64,000 nucleotides of DNA from sequence record ON210138.1, one strand, 5' to 3'. The notes beneath the pieces are model-generated. The model made no database searches. It worked only from the letters and a program-made list of their open reading frames with translations, and had not been told where the DNA came from. How positions within the stretch are numbered: the first letter of the stretch is position 1; the number at the start of each line of letters is the position of its first letter. Shown piece after piece: positions 27,621 to 37,444 of this stretch. This DNA comes from Escherichia phage EC106. A program made the translations under genes and the position numbers.

Positions 27621-28487
27621 TTAGTCTTCTGTATCGAAGTCTTCATCTTCTTCGTCATCTGGGTCTGGCAAATCTTCATCATCACCGTCATCAGAATCAT
27701 CAGAATCATTCGAAGGTTTGTGGTCTGTTGCGTCTTCTTCAGTGATTTCACCGTTATCTTCAACACCATCAAGACCAAGCATAGCCAGTTCATCTTCATC
27801 CAGTTCAGGTTCACCATTAGCACCGTTACCACCAGTGTAAGGTACAAGAGTATCAATGATAAACTGTTCCTGAATAGGTTTTGTCAGAACATTGTTCTCA
27901 AAAGTGTAGAAGTGAGTAGAAAGAATCACACTACCAAAAGAACCGTTACCAACTGCGATATCTGGATGAATTACATCATAGTCCTTATCATCTTCATGTT
28001 TATCAGATGCTTGAGCTTTGATTTTCTTCATCGGTTGTTTAACAGCTACACGCTTACCATTTACTTCTTCAATAAGCATAACAGGGAATGACTGTTTAGC
28101 TGTCCATACAGCACCATCTTTATAAGCTGCTGCACGACTTACTTTCAAGATGTAGTAAGTGTCTGCTTCAAAAGGTGGCTTACAACCAAACTTCTCTTCG
28201 AAGTCGTCTGCATCAACTGATTCAGTAGTGACTTTATCCCAGCCTTCTGGATTTTTCTTAGATTTAGTAAACTCTTTAAACAGTTTGTTACCGTCTTCTG
28301 CCAGAATTGATACGCTGTAGTTACAGTCTTTGCCTGGGAATTTCTTATCAATGGATTTACCTTTTCCCGGACGTGGTGAAGTGTTCAGGTAATAAAACCA
28401 GACATCTTTCAGCAGGTAACGCAGAGTTTGACGTTCAGTACCGTTGTACTTCTCTACCGGAGCTTTCATTTTAACAACTTTAGACAT
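27621..28487 (-). CDS. putative ssDNA-binding protein with long acidic C-terminal tail (T7 gp2.5-like architecture)
   Basis: position between exonuclease and primase-helicase; C-terminus DSDDSDDGDDEDLPDPDDEEDEDFDTED. Confidence 0.45.
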   Translation of the reverse strand: MSKVVKMKAPVEKYNGTERQTLRYLLKDVWFYYLNTSPRPGKGKSIDKKFPGKDCNYSVSILAEDGNKLFKEFTKSKKNPEGWDKVTTESVDADDFEEKFGCKPPFEADTYYILKVSRAAAYKDGAVWTAKQSFPVMLIEEVNGKRVAVKQPMKKIKAQASDKHEDDKDYDVIHPDIAVGNGSFGSVILSTHFYTFENNVLTKPIQEQFIIDTLVPYTGGNGANGEPELDEDELAMLGLDGVEDNGEITEEDATDHKPSNDSDDSDDGDDEDLPDPDDEEDEDFDTED

Positions 28488-28559
28488 TATTTAAACCTCT
28501 ATCTCAATTTATGAAGAGTACCAATTCTAGTTTATTGATACCCTATTGTCAAATACTAA

Positions 28560-28709
28560 TTACTGGAAGTTGTGCTTATCTTTAGAAGCTGCTTTACGTG
28601 CAGTTTTTCCAGTTCTTACACGTTTTTCTTCATAGTATTTTGCTGGTTTTCCAGCAGTGGCTTTTAAGGAATCCCCAAAAACTTTTTCAAATGCTTTAGA
28701 GTGTTTCAT
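28560..28709 (-). CDS. small Lys-rich protein (49 aa, below ORF-track cutoff)
   Basis: hand translation MKHSKAFEKVFGDSLKATAGKPAKYYEEKRVRTGKTARKAASKDKHNFQ. Confidence 0.3.
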   Translation of the reverse strand: MKHSKAFEKVFGDSLKATAGKPAKYYEEKRVRTGKTARKAASKDKHNFQ

Positions 28710-28961
28710 GATATTCTCCGATATACTTGATATTCAAACACATTTTCTTTCATTATAAACAGCCAACTAATGTTATACTGAGGCAGCGAAATGATGACTG
28801 TAATCATGCTTTGGTGGAAATCTTCTTTTATCTCAACTCCACCATTGCATTTCATGAGGAGCATTCTATAGAACCTATCAATCTTTGTCAAACACTCTTC
28901 CTGAAATTTATTTAAACTTTTTTCTTCAAAGAAGGGTGTGAACCCCTCTCTTTTATAGCTA

Positions 28962-30953
28962 TCACTCAGTTTCGAATGGGCAGTCATCTGCATCCTCACT
29001 TAATACAGGTGGAATCGTTGAGCTTTGACGCTGCTCTTCAGTATAGACTTCACCAGTCTCACGGTCAAACACTTCATCCTCATAATGTGGCAAAGAGTCA
29101 TCATAATGGTCTTCAGCTTCACCAATACCAAACTGTTGGCGAATATTTTCTGCTGCGCCATCAATGTCAACTCCACAACCAGATGCTTTGATGAGGCGTC
29201 CTGTATCTGGATTGTACCAAGTATGACCAGCAATACCCGTTGACTTACCGTGACGACGACACTTAGTTAACTTGATTTTTGTCAAGTTTTTCTTAACAGG
29301 GTCTGGGTCAACCTTGTTACGCATTAACAGAATGTTGTTCATAGAAATCTGGAAATACGCACCAGAACCTTTAATATCCTCTTCAGAGATATCTCCACCT
29401 TCGGAGTTAGCCTTCTGACCACCTGCACTTTTACGAACGTGACAGACGTTTACCTGTGCATACTGGTAGCGTTTACAACGACGCAATAGCTCAGACAAAA
29501 CTTCCTCTTCATCCGTATCTGAACGTGACAGAGCCAACGTAATAGGGTCAAGAATAATAATCTTACAGTCTAAACTGTTAACAAGATAGTCAACAAATTC
29601 CAGCAGGTTATCTTGGTCAATTGCACCTTGATGGTCAACGATGTGGATACGACGACCTTTAGACAGTTCTGCATGTGCTTCCTTCAATTCATCCCAATCA
29701 CGTTCGTCATAAGGAATCTCAGAAATCTGCTTGCTCAGGTGGATTGCACAGAGCATCTCCATCAACTCTTCATATGTATCTTCGACAGGAATTACACCAA
29801 TATTATAATCAGTTTCTTTCCAAGCAGTGTAAATCATTTCACGGGTATATGCTGATTTACCTACTGAAGATGGTGCTGCCAGAGTTGTAATCTCACCTAA
29901 ACCATAACCACCATAAGTCAGTCTGTTCAAATCTCCGAAAGATTCTGGGAAAGGAATCAATGGAATCTGACCACGATTCTTCATTGCCTCAAAACCATCT
30001 GCGAAGTTCTTGATACCAGCAGGACAGTAACGAGGTGCATTGTAGATACGCTGCTTAAATCCTTCCAGAACTGTATCTTTCTCTTTATAGAACTTTGTCC
30101 ACCACTCGTTAAGGTCTTTTACACCCTCTGGATACTGGAATAAACGAACCTTCTCGATAGGGAGAATGCCAGCAGCCTCTTTAGTGGCTTTAGCACCTGC
30201 TTCATCGTTATCAAAGCACAAGTAAATCTCATCAAATGATGTAATGTACTGATAGTTATCCTTGATAGACTTGATGTTTGCACCTAATGGAACAGATACG
30301 TGACAGTAATTTTTACGACGAGACTTGTCTTTAATCGCAAGAGAAGTCATATAGATTGCTGTCGCACATTCCATCTCACCTTCCCAGATGAATAGACGGT
30401 TACCACCTTCTGGAGCAATCCATGAACCGAACATCGCCAGTTCACCTTTAATGTCTCCAACACCACCTGAGAAGTCTTTTAGCTTACCTCGTAGGTGTTC
30501 TTTTGGATGGTCTTCTGGGTAACGGTGACGAACACGGTAGCCAACATGTTCTAGCTTGCCATCTTCATTGCGTTTGTAAGTTGGGTAGAAATGTGCGTCA
30601 ATTTCACCGTCACTGTCAATGTCAACCTTAATACCCAAACGCTCAAGAACTTTTGCAGGAATCTTCCTGTCCTTTAAGTCCATTGCTTCAAGGTTTTCTT
30701 TTACATCACCTAAATCCATTCCACGGAAAGTACGGTTTTTATTATCTGAACCAGTAGAATAAGTGCTCACGATTTGTCCTTTATCAAAATCCCACTCTGG
30801 GAAACCTTTGTTACAGCTAAAGCAAGTCATCGAATAAGAATCATCGTCATGGTGGTAGATTGAACCAGCATCTGATGAACCACAACGTGGACATGCACAA
30901 TGACCAATAAACTGACCAGCCTCTTTCAATTTACGACCTTTAGACATTAACAC
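28962..30953 (-). CDS. bifunctional DNA primase-helicase (T7 gp4-like)
   Basis: N-terminal zinc ribbon CPRCG...CFSCNKG, central primase region, DnaB-type Walker A APSSVGKSAYT. Confidence 0.85.
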   Translation of the reverse strand: MLMSKGRKLKEAGQFIGHCACPRCGSSDAGSIYHHDDDSYSMTCFSCNKGFPEWDFDKGQIVSTYSTGSDNKNRTFRGMDLGDVKENLEAMDLKDRKIPAKVLERLGIKVDIDSDGEIDAHFYPTYKRNEDGKLEHVGYRVRHRYPEDHPKEHLRGKLKDFSGGVGDIKGELAMFGSWIAPEGGNRLFIWEGEMECATAIYMTSLAIKDKSRRKNYCHVSVPLGANIKSIKDNYQYITSFDEIYLCFDNDEAGAKATKEAAGILPIEKVRLFQYPEGVKDLNEWWTKFYKEKDTVLEGFKQRIYNAPRYCPAGIKNFADGFEAMKNRGQIPLIPFPESFGDLNRLTYGGYGLGEITTLAAPSSVGKSAYTREMIYTAWKETDYNIGVIPVEDTYEELMEMLCAIHLSKQISEIPYDERDWDELKEAHAELSKGRRIHIVDHQGAIDQDNLLEFVDYLVNSLDCKIIILDPITLALSRSDTDEEEVLSELLRRCKRYQYAQVNVCHVRKSAGGQKANSEGGDISEEDIKGSGAYFQISMNNILLMRNKVDPDPVKKNLTKIKLTKCRRHGKSTGIAGHTWYNPDTGRLIKASGCGVDIDGAAENIRQQFGIGEAEDHYDDSLPHYEDEVFDRETGEVYTEEQRQSSTIPPVLSEDADDCPFETE

Positions 30954-31140
30954 CTCTTCGTTGTAGTTCTGCCTTCAATCCATTTTCAATCTTATCCAGT
31001 TCATGAATTTCATCTGCAATCTCTTTCCTTCGTGATTCAACTCTCTTAAGACGTTCAATCATTACCTCATTGGAAAGAGATGAGAGTTCCACTAAACGGT
31101 GGTCAATAACTTTAAAATTGTCTTTTACTCTCATCTTCAT
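30940..31140 (-). CDS. hypothetical coiled-coil protein
   Basis: 66 aa charged helical sequence. Confidence 0.3.
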   Translation of the reverse strand: MKMRVKDNFKVIDHRLVELSSLSNEVMIERLKRVESRRKEIADEIHELDKIENGLKAELQRRGVNV

Positions 31141-31148
31141 TCTCTCTT

Positions 31149-31892
31149 TTAAATCTTCAGGATAGCTCTTAGCTTACTTTCAAGGTCTGCAAGAGTACCA
31201 TTATTATGAATAATGTCACGCTCATATTTTGTAGAAATTCCATTCTCTGAAACATGTGATGAAACTTTGCCCACATTGTCTCTTTTTACTTCAATGGTTT
31301 GGTGTGCAAATCTACTCAGCCACTCAGCTTCAGAGTCAAATCTTAAATCACTGATTAAAACAACACCTTCTTGATTTCTAAGTGAGCAAACGTCAAAGAA
31401 ATTTACCATTCGTTTTTCGAGGTCTTTAGCCCAGAACTTGTCACCCATAACTTTACGGATAACTTCAGTGCCCCAAATCTGTTGAATTTGTCTTGATGAG
31501 AATTTATACTTATTGCTAAATCCCAGACGTGTTAATAGAGTCGGTTTAGCAACCTTCTTAAGCTCCATAATTAATCGTCCGGTTAGTTCTGAAATAAGCT
31601 TGAAATCCATATGGTAACGTTCGCCTTTGAAGGTAAACTCCATAGCTTCTGTAACTTTGAACATCAGTTCAGGATATGATAAGTCAAAAACCTGTGGAGT
31701 CTCTTTAGTTTCACCATACAGGTCATTCCAAGTTAGGTCAAATATCTTTGATGCAGATAGCTTAAGGTTGTCTGCATAAGCCATTACTGCAACATTGTAG
31801 CCGTACTCATCCTCTAAGATGTTCTTCACAATAGAACATGATGTGTCTTTTCCAGAACGTGCCTTTCCAGTAAATGCAATAATATTACTCAT
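31149..31892 (-). CDS. deoxynucleoside monophosphate kinase (T4 gp1-like)
   Basis: P-loop GKARSGKDT and C-terminal NGTLADLESKLRAIL parallel T4 dNMP kinase. Confidence 0.75.
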   Translation of the reverse strand: MSNIIAFTGKARSGKDTSCSIVKNILEDEYGYNVAVMAYADNLKLSASKIFDLTWNDLYGETKETPQVFDLSYPELMFKVTEAMEFTFKGERYHMDFKLISELTGRLIMELKKVAKPTLLTRLGFSNKYKFSSRQIQQIWGTEVIRKVMGDKFWAKDLEKRMVNFFDVCSLRNQEGVVLISDLRFDSEAEWLSRFAHQTIEVKRDNVGKVSSHVSENGISTKYERDIIHNNGTLADLESKLRAILKI

Positions 31893-31953
31893 TTTATCTC
31901 CCTTAATTACTAAAAAGCCCCCAACTAAGGAGGCTTGTAAGATTTATAAAGAC

Positions 31954-32754
31954 TTAGTGCAGTTGGTCAGCATACTCTTTTTCAGCCATAGCTGAGATTT
32001 GCTTCACAAAATCATCACCGAAGTTAATGCGTAGTTTCTCTTCAATGATTGAAGCACCAATGTTCACCAAAACATCATTGATTGCTTGCATACTGACGCC
32101 ACCAGTCATCTCTTCAATGAACTCAATACTCACACCCATCATCTGTGAAAGTTGGATTAGTGCAACAATATTCATCATCGTAGAGATAGCTGGAATCATC
32201 AGTGCAACTTTCACCTGAAGAGGTTCTATATCAGCTACAGAGTCATTTTCAACAGCTTCTTCCAAAGACTCTTTAGTTTGCTGGATAATCTCCTTGATTC
32301 GTGGGTTTAGTTCTTCTACGCCCCAATCAAGTTTTTCATATCGTGAAAGTTTCTCTTCCATACGCTTCTCAAGAGCAGCCATAACAGCACTTGTTGATGA
32401 GATAAGCGTATCAATAATGAAATCAGTGTCCTTAGTCAGCAACAGTTCCTTATCTTCATCTGACATTCTGATATAGTCATTCTTTTGCATTTCATAAAAA
32501 ATGAACTCAGCAAGTGCATCAACACCAACCGCAATAGATGCCAGAGCAAGTGTTTTGTCGCAAAGCATCATGTTGACCTGTTCTGCAAAAGCACCGTTAT
32601 CAGACTTGTCTTCAGGCAAGTTATAGCTTGCAGGCATAAACTGTTCTGTGTAGTTATTACCACGAAGAATCATAGCCATGCTTTCTACGGCATTGATTAA
32701 AAATGCTTCGTCAACACCTTTCTCTTCAAGCATCTTTTCTACATCGTTATTCAT
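31954..32754 (-). CDS. hypothetical acidic early protein
   Basis: 266 aa, strongly Asp/Glu-rich; second gene of leftward early operon. Confidence 0.4.
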   Translation of the reverse strand: MNNDVEKMLEEKGVDEAFLINAVESMAMILRGNNYTEQFMPASYNLPEDKSDNGAFAEQVNMMLCDKTLALASIAVGVDALAEFIFYEMQKNDYIRMSDEDKELLLTKDTDFIIDTLISSTSAVMAALEKRMEEKLSRYEKLDWGVEELNPRIKEIIQQTKESLEEAVENDSVADIEPLQVKVALMIPAISTMMNIVALIQLSQMMGVSIEFIEEMTGGVSMQAINDVLVNIGASIIEEKLRINFGDDFVKQISAMAEKEYADQLH

Positions 32755-32755
32755 A

Positions 32756-33178
32756 TTATTTCTCTCTCAGTTGGTTAAGTTTCTTTCTAGAACATTTTAA
32801 GTTTTCGGATGAAGAAAAGTCAAGTGTCTTTTCAGAACGTGGATAGTAGTGCCTATCCCAAGAAGTTTCAACATCGTTAATCAGTGACGCTAGATTACAC
32901 AGGTCTGTACCACTTTGCAACCTCTTTTTAAGAGAATCTAGTAAAGCAACTGTGTCTTTAGCTTTACGTCTCGCTGTAGCAACATCTTTCATATGCTCAA
33001 ATACAGAGCATTTTAAGTCATCTTCATAGTTTTCAGACAACTCTATTTCATGTTGTATATCAACCATTCTCCTGTGATGGTGAGCATATTCCCGTTGAGC
33101 AGCAATGTCAAGTTCTTCCAACTTCTGCAAAGCTCTAACAAAGTCAGCTATGTCTGGGTGAACAAACATTTTCTGCAT
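32756..33178 (-). CDS. hypothetical early protein
   Basis: first gene leftward of the divergent control region. Confidence 0.4.
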   Translation of the reverse strand: MQKMFVHPDIADFVRALQKLEELDIAAQREYAHHHRRMVDIQHEIELSENYEDDLKCSVFEHMKDVATARRKAKDTVALLDSLKKRLQSGTDLCNLASLINDVETSWDRHYYPRSEKTLDFSSSENLKCSRKKLNQLREK

Positions 33179-33435
33179 GTAAGCCTCTTTTAAGTAACTA
33201 TTAAGTTTTAATCTTTTATCTTAACGTATTCTATACGTTATACTTTAAAGCTTTTTAAAAGCTATTAAATAATCTTTTAAGAGTTTTAAAGTATCTGTAT
33301 AGTTAAACTGTTAAGTAACCTTTTAAGTAAAAACCCACTTCGCAAAGATTAACACCTTGTCAAGTACATTGTCAACTTGCTTTTTATAATTTTTTGCAGT
33401 AATGTATGAGGTTAATGATTTTAGAGGGAGTAAAA
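33179..33435. promoter_or_regulatory. AT-rich divergent control region with repeated CTTTTAAG motifs, palindromes and TATAAT element
   Basis: CTTTTAAG at 33187, 33274, 33321; palindrome AACGTATTCTATACGTT 33223-33239; TTGTCA x2 and TATAAT at 33385-33390; SD AGGGAG at 33424-33429. Confidence 0.5.
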
Positions 33436-35619
33436 ATGGAAAACGTAGATTTTAAAAACTTACATTTGGTTGGTGATACAGAAACTGATGGTTTACTCCT
33501 TGAGTTCACTAAAGTGCACGTAATGGCCTTTGCAGACTATAAATCTGACGATGAAGAGCCACCTGTATGGGTCTTTACAGATGAGCCTATCCTCGGTCAC
33601 AAGTACACCAAGTACATTAAGGGTGGTTTACGTGAAGGTGTTGAGTTTGCGTTAAAGGCAAAACGACTTTGCATCCATAACGGTCTTGGTTATGACTGGT
33701 GGGTTTTTAATCACATTGCACCTGATTTATGGAACTTTGATAATCCAAAGTGTAAGCCGTGGAGTAATTTCTTTCAGGATTCTCTTATCCAGTCTCGTGT
33801 TCAGTGGATGGATAGACCAACTCCAAAGGGTTATAAAGGTGCTCATGGCTTGGCTGCATGGGGTGCTCGTGTTGGTGTTCGTAAGCCAGAGATTGAGCAT
33901 TGGGGTGTGTGGAATGCAGAAATCTTCACTCGTGTTGTAGAAGATATTCGTATTAACGCCAAAACTAAACGGGCACTTGATAACGAGTATCTCAAGCTTA
34001 AGAAGTGTGGTATAGACACTTATGAAACCTACATGCGAGCTAAAGAAACATCTTTCTGGATGAGTCAACAGGCTATCAATGGTTGGAAAGCTGATAAAGA
34101 ACTTATGGAGTTCCATGTAAAGGAACTTGACAAGTTGACTAATGAGCTTGCTTCAGAGGTTGAACCACATCTACCTCCAACTATTAAGACCAAAGGTAAA
34201 GTCACTGGAGAAGAGTTTGCGAAAGCTTGGAATGAGTATGTTGAAACATTTGGTCATGCAGATGGACTGAAGAGAATTACCAAGTACCCTAAGACAAAGT
34301 ATCGTCAGCAGGTACGTAATGGTGAGATGCAGACATACGAAATCAAACCATTTGGTAAGCCAACTACAAAGATTTTTAACATTGGAAAGAGAAATTGCTA
34401 TACACCAACTAACTCCGTAACTGGTGAAGAGTACAAGGAAGGCTTTGTAGCAATGAAGGATGCTCGTGCAATTTGCAATGAGTTGAACGCAAAGATTGGT
34501 AAGAAATGCAAAGACTGGAAGCCAGTAAAAACAGTCAAAACTGTGAAGTACTATAACAGCCACGTTGTTAACCACTTTGAACTTGAGTCAAGTCGCTACA
34601 CAGGTTTGATTGATGCACCATATACACCAATTGAGTTTGAAGTTTCTCGTATGACTCAGGTAGCAGTTGTTAAAGATTACTTGAAATCAGTTGGTTGGAT
34701 TCCAGATGACTGGAATTACAAGAAAGACTCAGATGGTCGCCCTGTCAAAGTTTGTCGTTTCAAAGACAATAAAAAGATGATTACAAAGCATCCTAAGTGG
34801 CAGGAAATGGTTGAGCGGTGTGGTTTGAGCTATGTTGAGCATGAAGGTGTACAGTACATTGAGCATAACTGGTCTGTGAAGAAGTACACAGATTTGCTTG
34901 AGCCTTGTTTAATCCGTACTTCACCAAAACTTACTGAATCATCTTACGATACGATTGAAGGTGAACTTGGACAGAAGATTGCGAAGTACTATACTTTGAT
35001 GCACCGACGCAGAACTATTGAGAACTCAAAGGACGACGAAAAAGGCTGGTTGAACCAGATTCGTCCAGATGGTCGCCTTAGTGCTGGTGCAATGGTGTTT
35101 GGTACTTCAACTGGACGTATGACGCAATATGGTATTGTAAACGTACCGTCTGGTGCTGCTGTCTATGGAGCACCTATGAGGGAGGTGTGGATTTGTGAGG
35201 AAGGGACTAACGTTGTCTCTGTTGATATGAACTCAGCCCAGCTAGTTCTTCTTTGTAACTTTATGGGTGATAAAGAGTCCACTAAAGCGGTAACACAAGG
35301 TAAAGAAGAGGTTGAGTTCATTCGTCAAGAAGATGGACGCTATTACTGCAAACACTTTGATGAGTACCTCAACCCAGAGATTGATAAGTACCTTCGCTAT
35401 GACTCTGAGAATGACCTGTACGTTGTCTATTCAGGGACTGATGCACATACACTGAACAGTATCTACTTTAGCTTGAACGATGAGCAGGATATCTTGACTT
35501 GTCGAGCTACTCAGGATGAGAATCTTCTTCATGAGATTAGCAAAGGTCGTAAGAAAGCTAAGAATGGTATCTATGCGTCAGTGGCGCATGTAAAACGTTG
35601 TGAATTGCTGGAAGCCTAA
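33436..35619 (+). CDS. family A DNA polymerase, N-terminal part (exon 1); ORF-track start 33406, likely start 33436 after SD
   Basis: 3'-5' exonuclease motif HLVGDTETDG, motif A VDMNSAQLVLL, motif B RKKAKNGIY near the end. Confidence 0.85.
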   Translation: MENVDFKNLHLVGDTETDGLLLEFTKVHVMAFADYKSDDEEPPVWVFTDEPILGHKYTKYIKGGLREGVEFALKAKRLCIHNGLGYDWWVFNHIAPDLWNFDNPKCKPWSNFFQDSLIQSRVQWMDRPTPKGYKGAHGLAAWGARVGVRKPEIEHWGVWNAEIFTRVVEDIRINAKTKRALDNEYLKLKKCGIDTYETYMRAKETSFWMSQQAINGWKADKELMEFHVKELDKLTNELASEVEPHLPPTIKTKGKVTGEEFAKAWNEYVETFGHADGLKRITKYPKTKYRQQVRNGEMQTYEIKPFGKPTTKIFNIGKRNCYTPTNSVTGEEYKEGFVAMKDARAICNELNAKIGKKCKDWKPVKTVKTVKYYNSHVVNHFELESSRYTGLIDAPYTPIEFEVSRMTQVAVVKDYLKSVGWIPDDWNYKKDSDGRPVKVCRFKDNKKMITKHPKWQEMVERCGLSYVEHEGVQYIEHNWSVKKYTDLLEPCLIRTSPKLTESSYDTIEGELGQKIAKYYTLMHRRRTIENSKDDEKGWLNQIRPDGRLSAGAMVFGTSTGRMTQYGIVNVPSGAAVYGAPMREVWICEEGTNVVSVDMNSAQLVLLCNFMGDKESTKAVTQGKEEVEFIRQEDGRYYCKHFDEYLNPEIDKYLRYDSENDLYVVYSGTDAHTLNSIYFSLNDEQDILTCRATQDENLLHEISKGRKKAKNGIYASVAHVKRCELLEA

Positions 35620-35891
35620 GTCTGTAAAGATATGGTAATCAGCAGCGAAGTCTCTGTTAGGACTCCTAAAGCAAATAACATAACTATAGAGATTCCTAAC
35701 AGAGAAACGTTCAGAGACTATCGAAAAGCATACTTAATGTATGAACTGAGTAGAGTAGGGTGGTAAGCTAATGACCATTCCCAAGTGCAACGGTAGTATT
35801 ACTACTACGTGATATAGTCCGACACTCCGTAGAAATGCGGAGAAGTTCATAAGAGAACTGGTACACCTTGCGAGTGTATTGACCAGATGTA
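35575..35891 (+). other. putative ORF-less group I intron (or split-gene junction) in DNA polymerase gene; boundaries approximate
   Basis: polymerase motif B ends exon 1 and GAGDEK continuation starts 35892; about 270-310 nt of structured non-coding sequence between. Confidence 0.5.
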
Positions 35892-36446
35892 TTGTTCGGT
35901 GCAGGTGATGAGAAGTTTGCTAAGACGATTAAAGCTGCAACTACTCAGGAAGGTGCGCTGACTAAACAGACTTACTTTATACGTTTGCCTAAAATTAAGA
36001 AGCTGTTAGATGACTTGGAAGCTGACTACAAAGCAACTAAAAAGGCACTTGAAGAGGTGTTTGGTAAGACTGCTGCAATCTCTAAAGGGGGTTTTGTAAA
36101 GGTTGCTGGAGCTTGGTTGTGGTGTAAATCTCCACATAAGTTATTGAATTATTTGCTCATGGGTTCGGAAAGTCAGATTCAGAACGAGGCAATTAACCTT
36201 GCTTGCCGTCGTATGATTGACGAAGGTTTGATGAAGTTGAACGGTCGTAAACCAGCCATAGGTGCTCGTTTATTGTGCTCCTATCACGACGAGACAAGTT
36301 GGGAATGTCCAGAAAGTATGACGGCAGAGGTGAAGGCTGTCACTGATTGGTATTACGGACAAGCCTCTAAGAACTTAGGGCTAAAGAGTGAAACACTGGT
36401 AACTGGTACTGGTAAGGTTGGTAAAAGCTGGTATGAGGTACATTGA
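35892..36446 (+). CDS. family A DNA polymerase, C-terminal part (exon 2)
   Basis: LFGAGDEKFAKTI continues motif B; motif C SYHDE; C-terminal ...YEVH. Confidence 0.85.
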   Translation: MFGAGDEKFAKTIKAATTQEGALTKQTYFIRLPKIKKLLDDLEADYKATKKALEEVFGKTAAISKGGFVKVAGAWLWCKSPHKLLNYLLMGSESQIQNEAINLACRRMIDEGLMKLNGRKPAIGARLLCSYHDETSWECPESMTAEVKAVTDWYYGQASKNLGLKSETLVTGTGKVGKSWYEVH

Positions 36447-36958
36447 TGCGAGATTGTGGATTCACACATGAACAGTTAAAGTCTTGGTTAAACTATGACC
36501 CCGAAACAGGGGTCTTAACGTGGATTGGCAGACCTCCACATAGTAGTAGGGTGGTTATTGGGAGCCAAGCCGGAGCAATCAAGCGCACAAGGTCTGGTGT
36601 GTATATGCACACACAGATTTTAGGATACAGGACAGGCAATCACCGAATTGCTTGGTTCTGGATGACAGGTAAGTGGCCTGATAAACACATTGACCATAAA
36701 GATGGAGATGGTTTGAATAACGCTTGGGACAATCTAAGAGAGGCCACAAAAGAGCAGAACATGTCCAATAGGAGACAACCTAGAACATCAAAAAACTTAA
36801 AAGGTACAAGTAGAAGCAAGTCTGGTAAGTGGATAGCCCAGATTAACCATAATGGCAAGACTATACATATAGGGACATACACAACAGAAGAAGAAGCCCA
36901 TAAAGCTTACTGTGAAGCTGCTATTAAACTCCACGGAGAGTTTGCAAAACTAAGTTGA
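36443..36958 (+). CDS. HNH homing endonuclease with AP2-type DNA-binding domain
   Basis: HIDHKDGDGLNNAWDNL HNH motif; C-terminal GKWIAQI...YTTEEEAHKAY AP2-like; start overlaps polymerase stop. Confidence 0.75.
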   Translation: MMRDCGFTHEQLKSWLNYDPETGVLTWIGRPPHSSRVVIGSQAGAIKRTRSGVYMHTQILGYRTGNHRIAWFWMTGKWPDKHIDHKDGDGLNNAWDNLREATKEQNMSNRRQPRTSKNLKGTSRSKSGKWIAQINHNGKTIHIGTYTTEEEAHKAYCEAAIKLHGEFAKLS

Positions 36959-37009
36959 CAAGGTGCTCAGGGAAGAGTACCTTATACTATATCTTGTATA
37001 GGAGGGCTT

Positions 37010-37219
37010 ATGAGCCACCGTGGAAGAACCCATGCAGCGATGATGAAAGGTGCTTCAAAGGAAACTATCAAGAACCGTAAGCAGAAGTTGTTTGAGAGAA
37101 TGAACAGGCTAATTGACAATTCATCTCTTTCAGGTTCTGAGAAGGTTTTCTTGAAAGGTAATCTGAAAAGCATTGCACAAGAACTTATTGACATTGAGTA
37201 TTGGAGACATCAAAAATGA
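37010..37219 (+). CDS. hypothetical protein
   Basis: co-oriented small ORF. Confidence 0.35.
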   Translation: MSHRGRTHAAMMKGASKETIKNRKQKLFERMNRLIDNSSLSGSEKVFLKGNLKSIAQELIDIEYWRHQK

Positions 37220-37428
37220 CACTTGCAGACGTTATTCAGCAACTTCACGACAATTGCTATACTCCAGAGTTGATTCAGGAGATGTCCATTGTAGTGATGC
37301 CTAGTAAGTTCGTAAGAGCTTTTAATGGTGACTCTTTAAGGGCTGCACATATCCTTATTGTTGACGGCAAGATTGCAAGAGACCGTACAGGAGTCCTTAA
37401 GGGCGAACGTATTAATATTGACCTCTGA
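37201..37428 (+). CDS. hypothetical protein
   Basis: co-oriented small ORF. Confidence 0.35.
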   Translation: METSKMTLADVIQQLHDNCYTPELIQEMSIVVMPSKFVRAFNGDSLRAAHILIVDGKIARDRTGVLKGERINIDL

Positions 37429-37444
37429 GTATTGGTATACCAAA

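Noticed and set aside
28706-28999. 97-aa minus-strand ORF between the small Lys-rich gene and the primase-helicase
   Set aside because: Overlaps an equally long plus-strand ORF and the start of the small basic gene, with AT-rich low-complexity translation; probably a non-coding leader for the downstream genes.
33727-34575. Antisense ORFs inside the DNA polymerase gene (also 12497-13024 in NAMPT, 41655-42071 in DHFR, 47931-48458, 4338-4622 and other opposite-strand ORFs in the track)
   Set aside because: Shadow ORFs fully embedded in well-supported genes on the other strand, with no independent signals.
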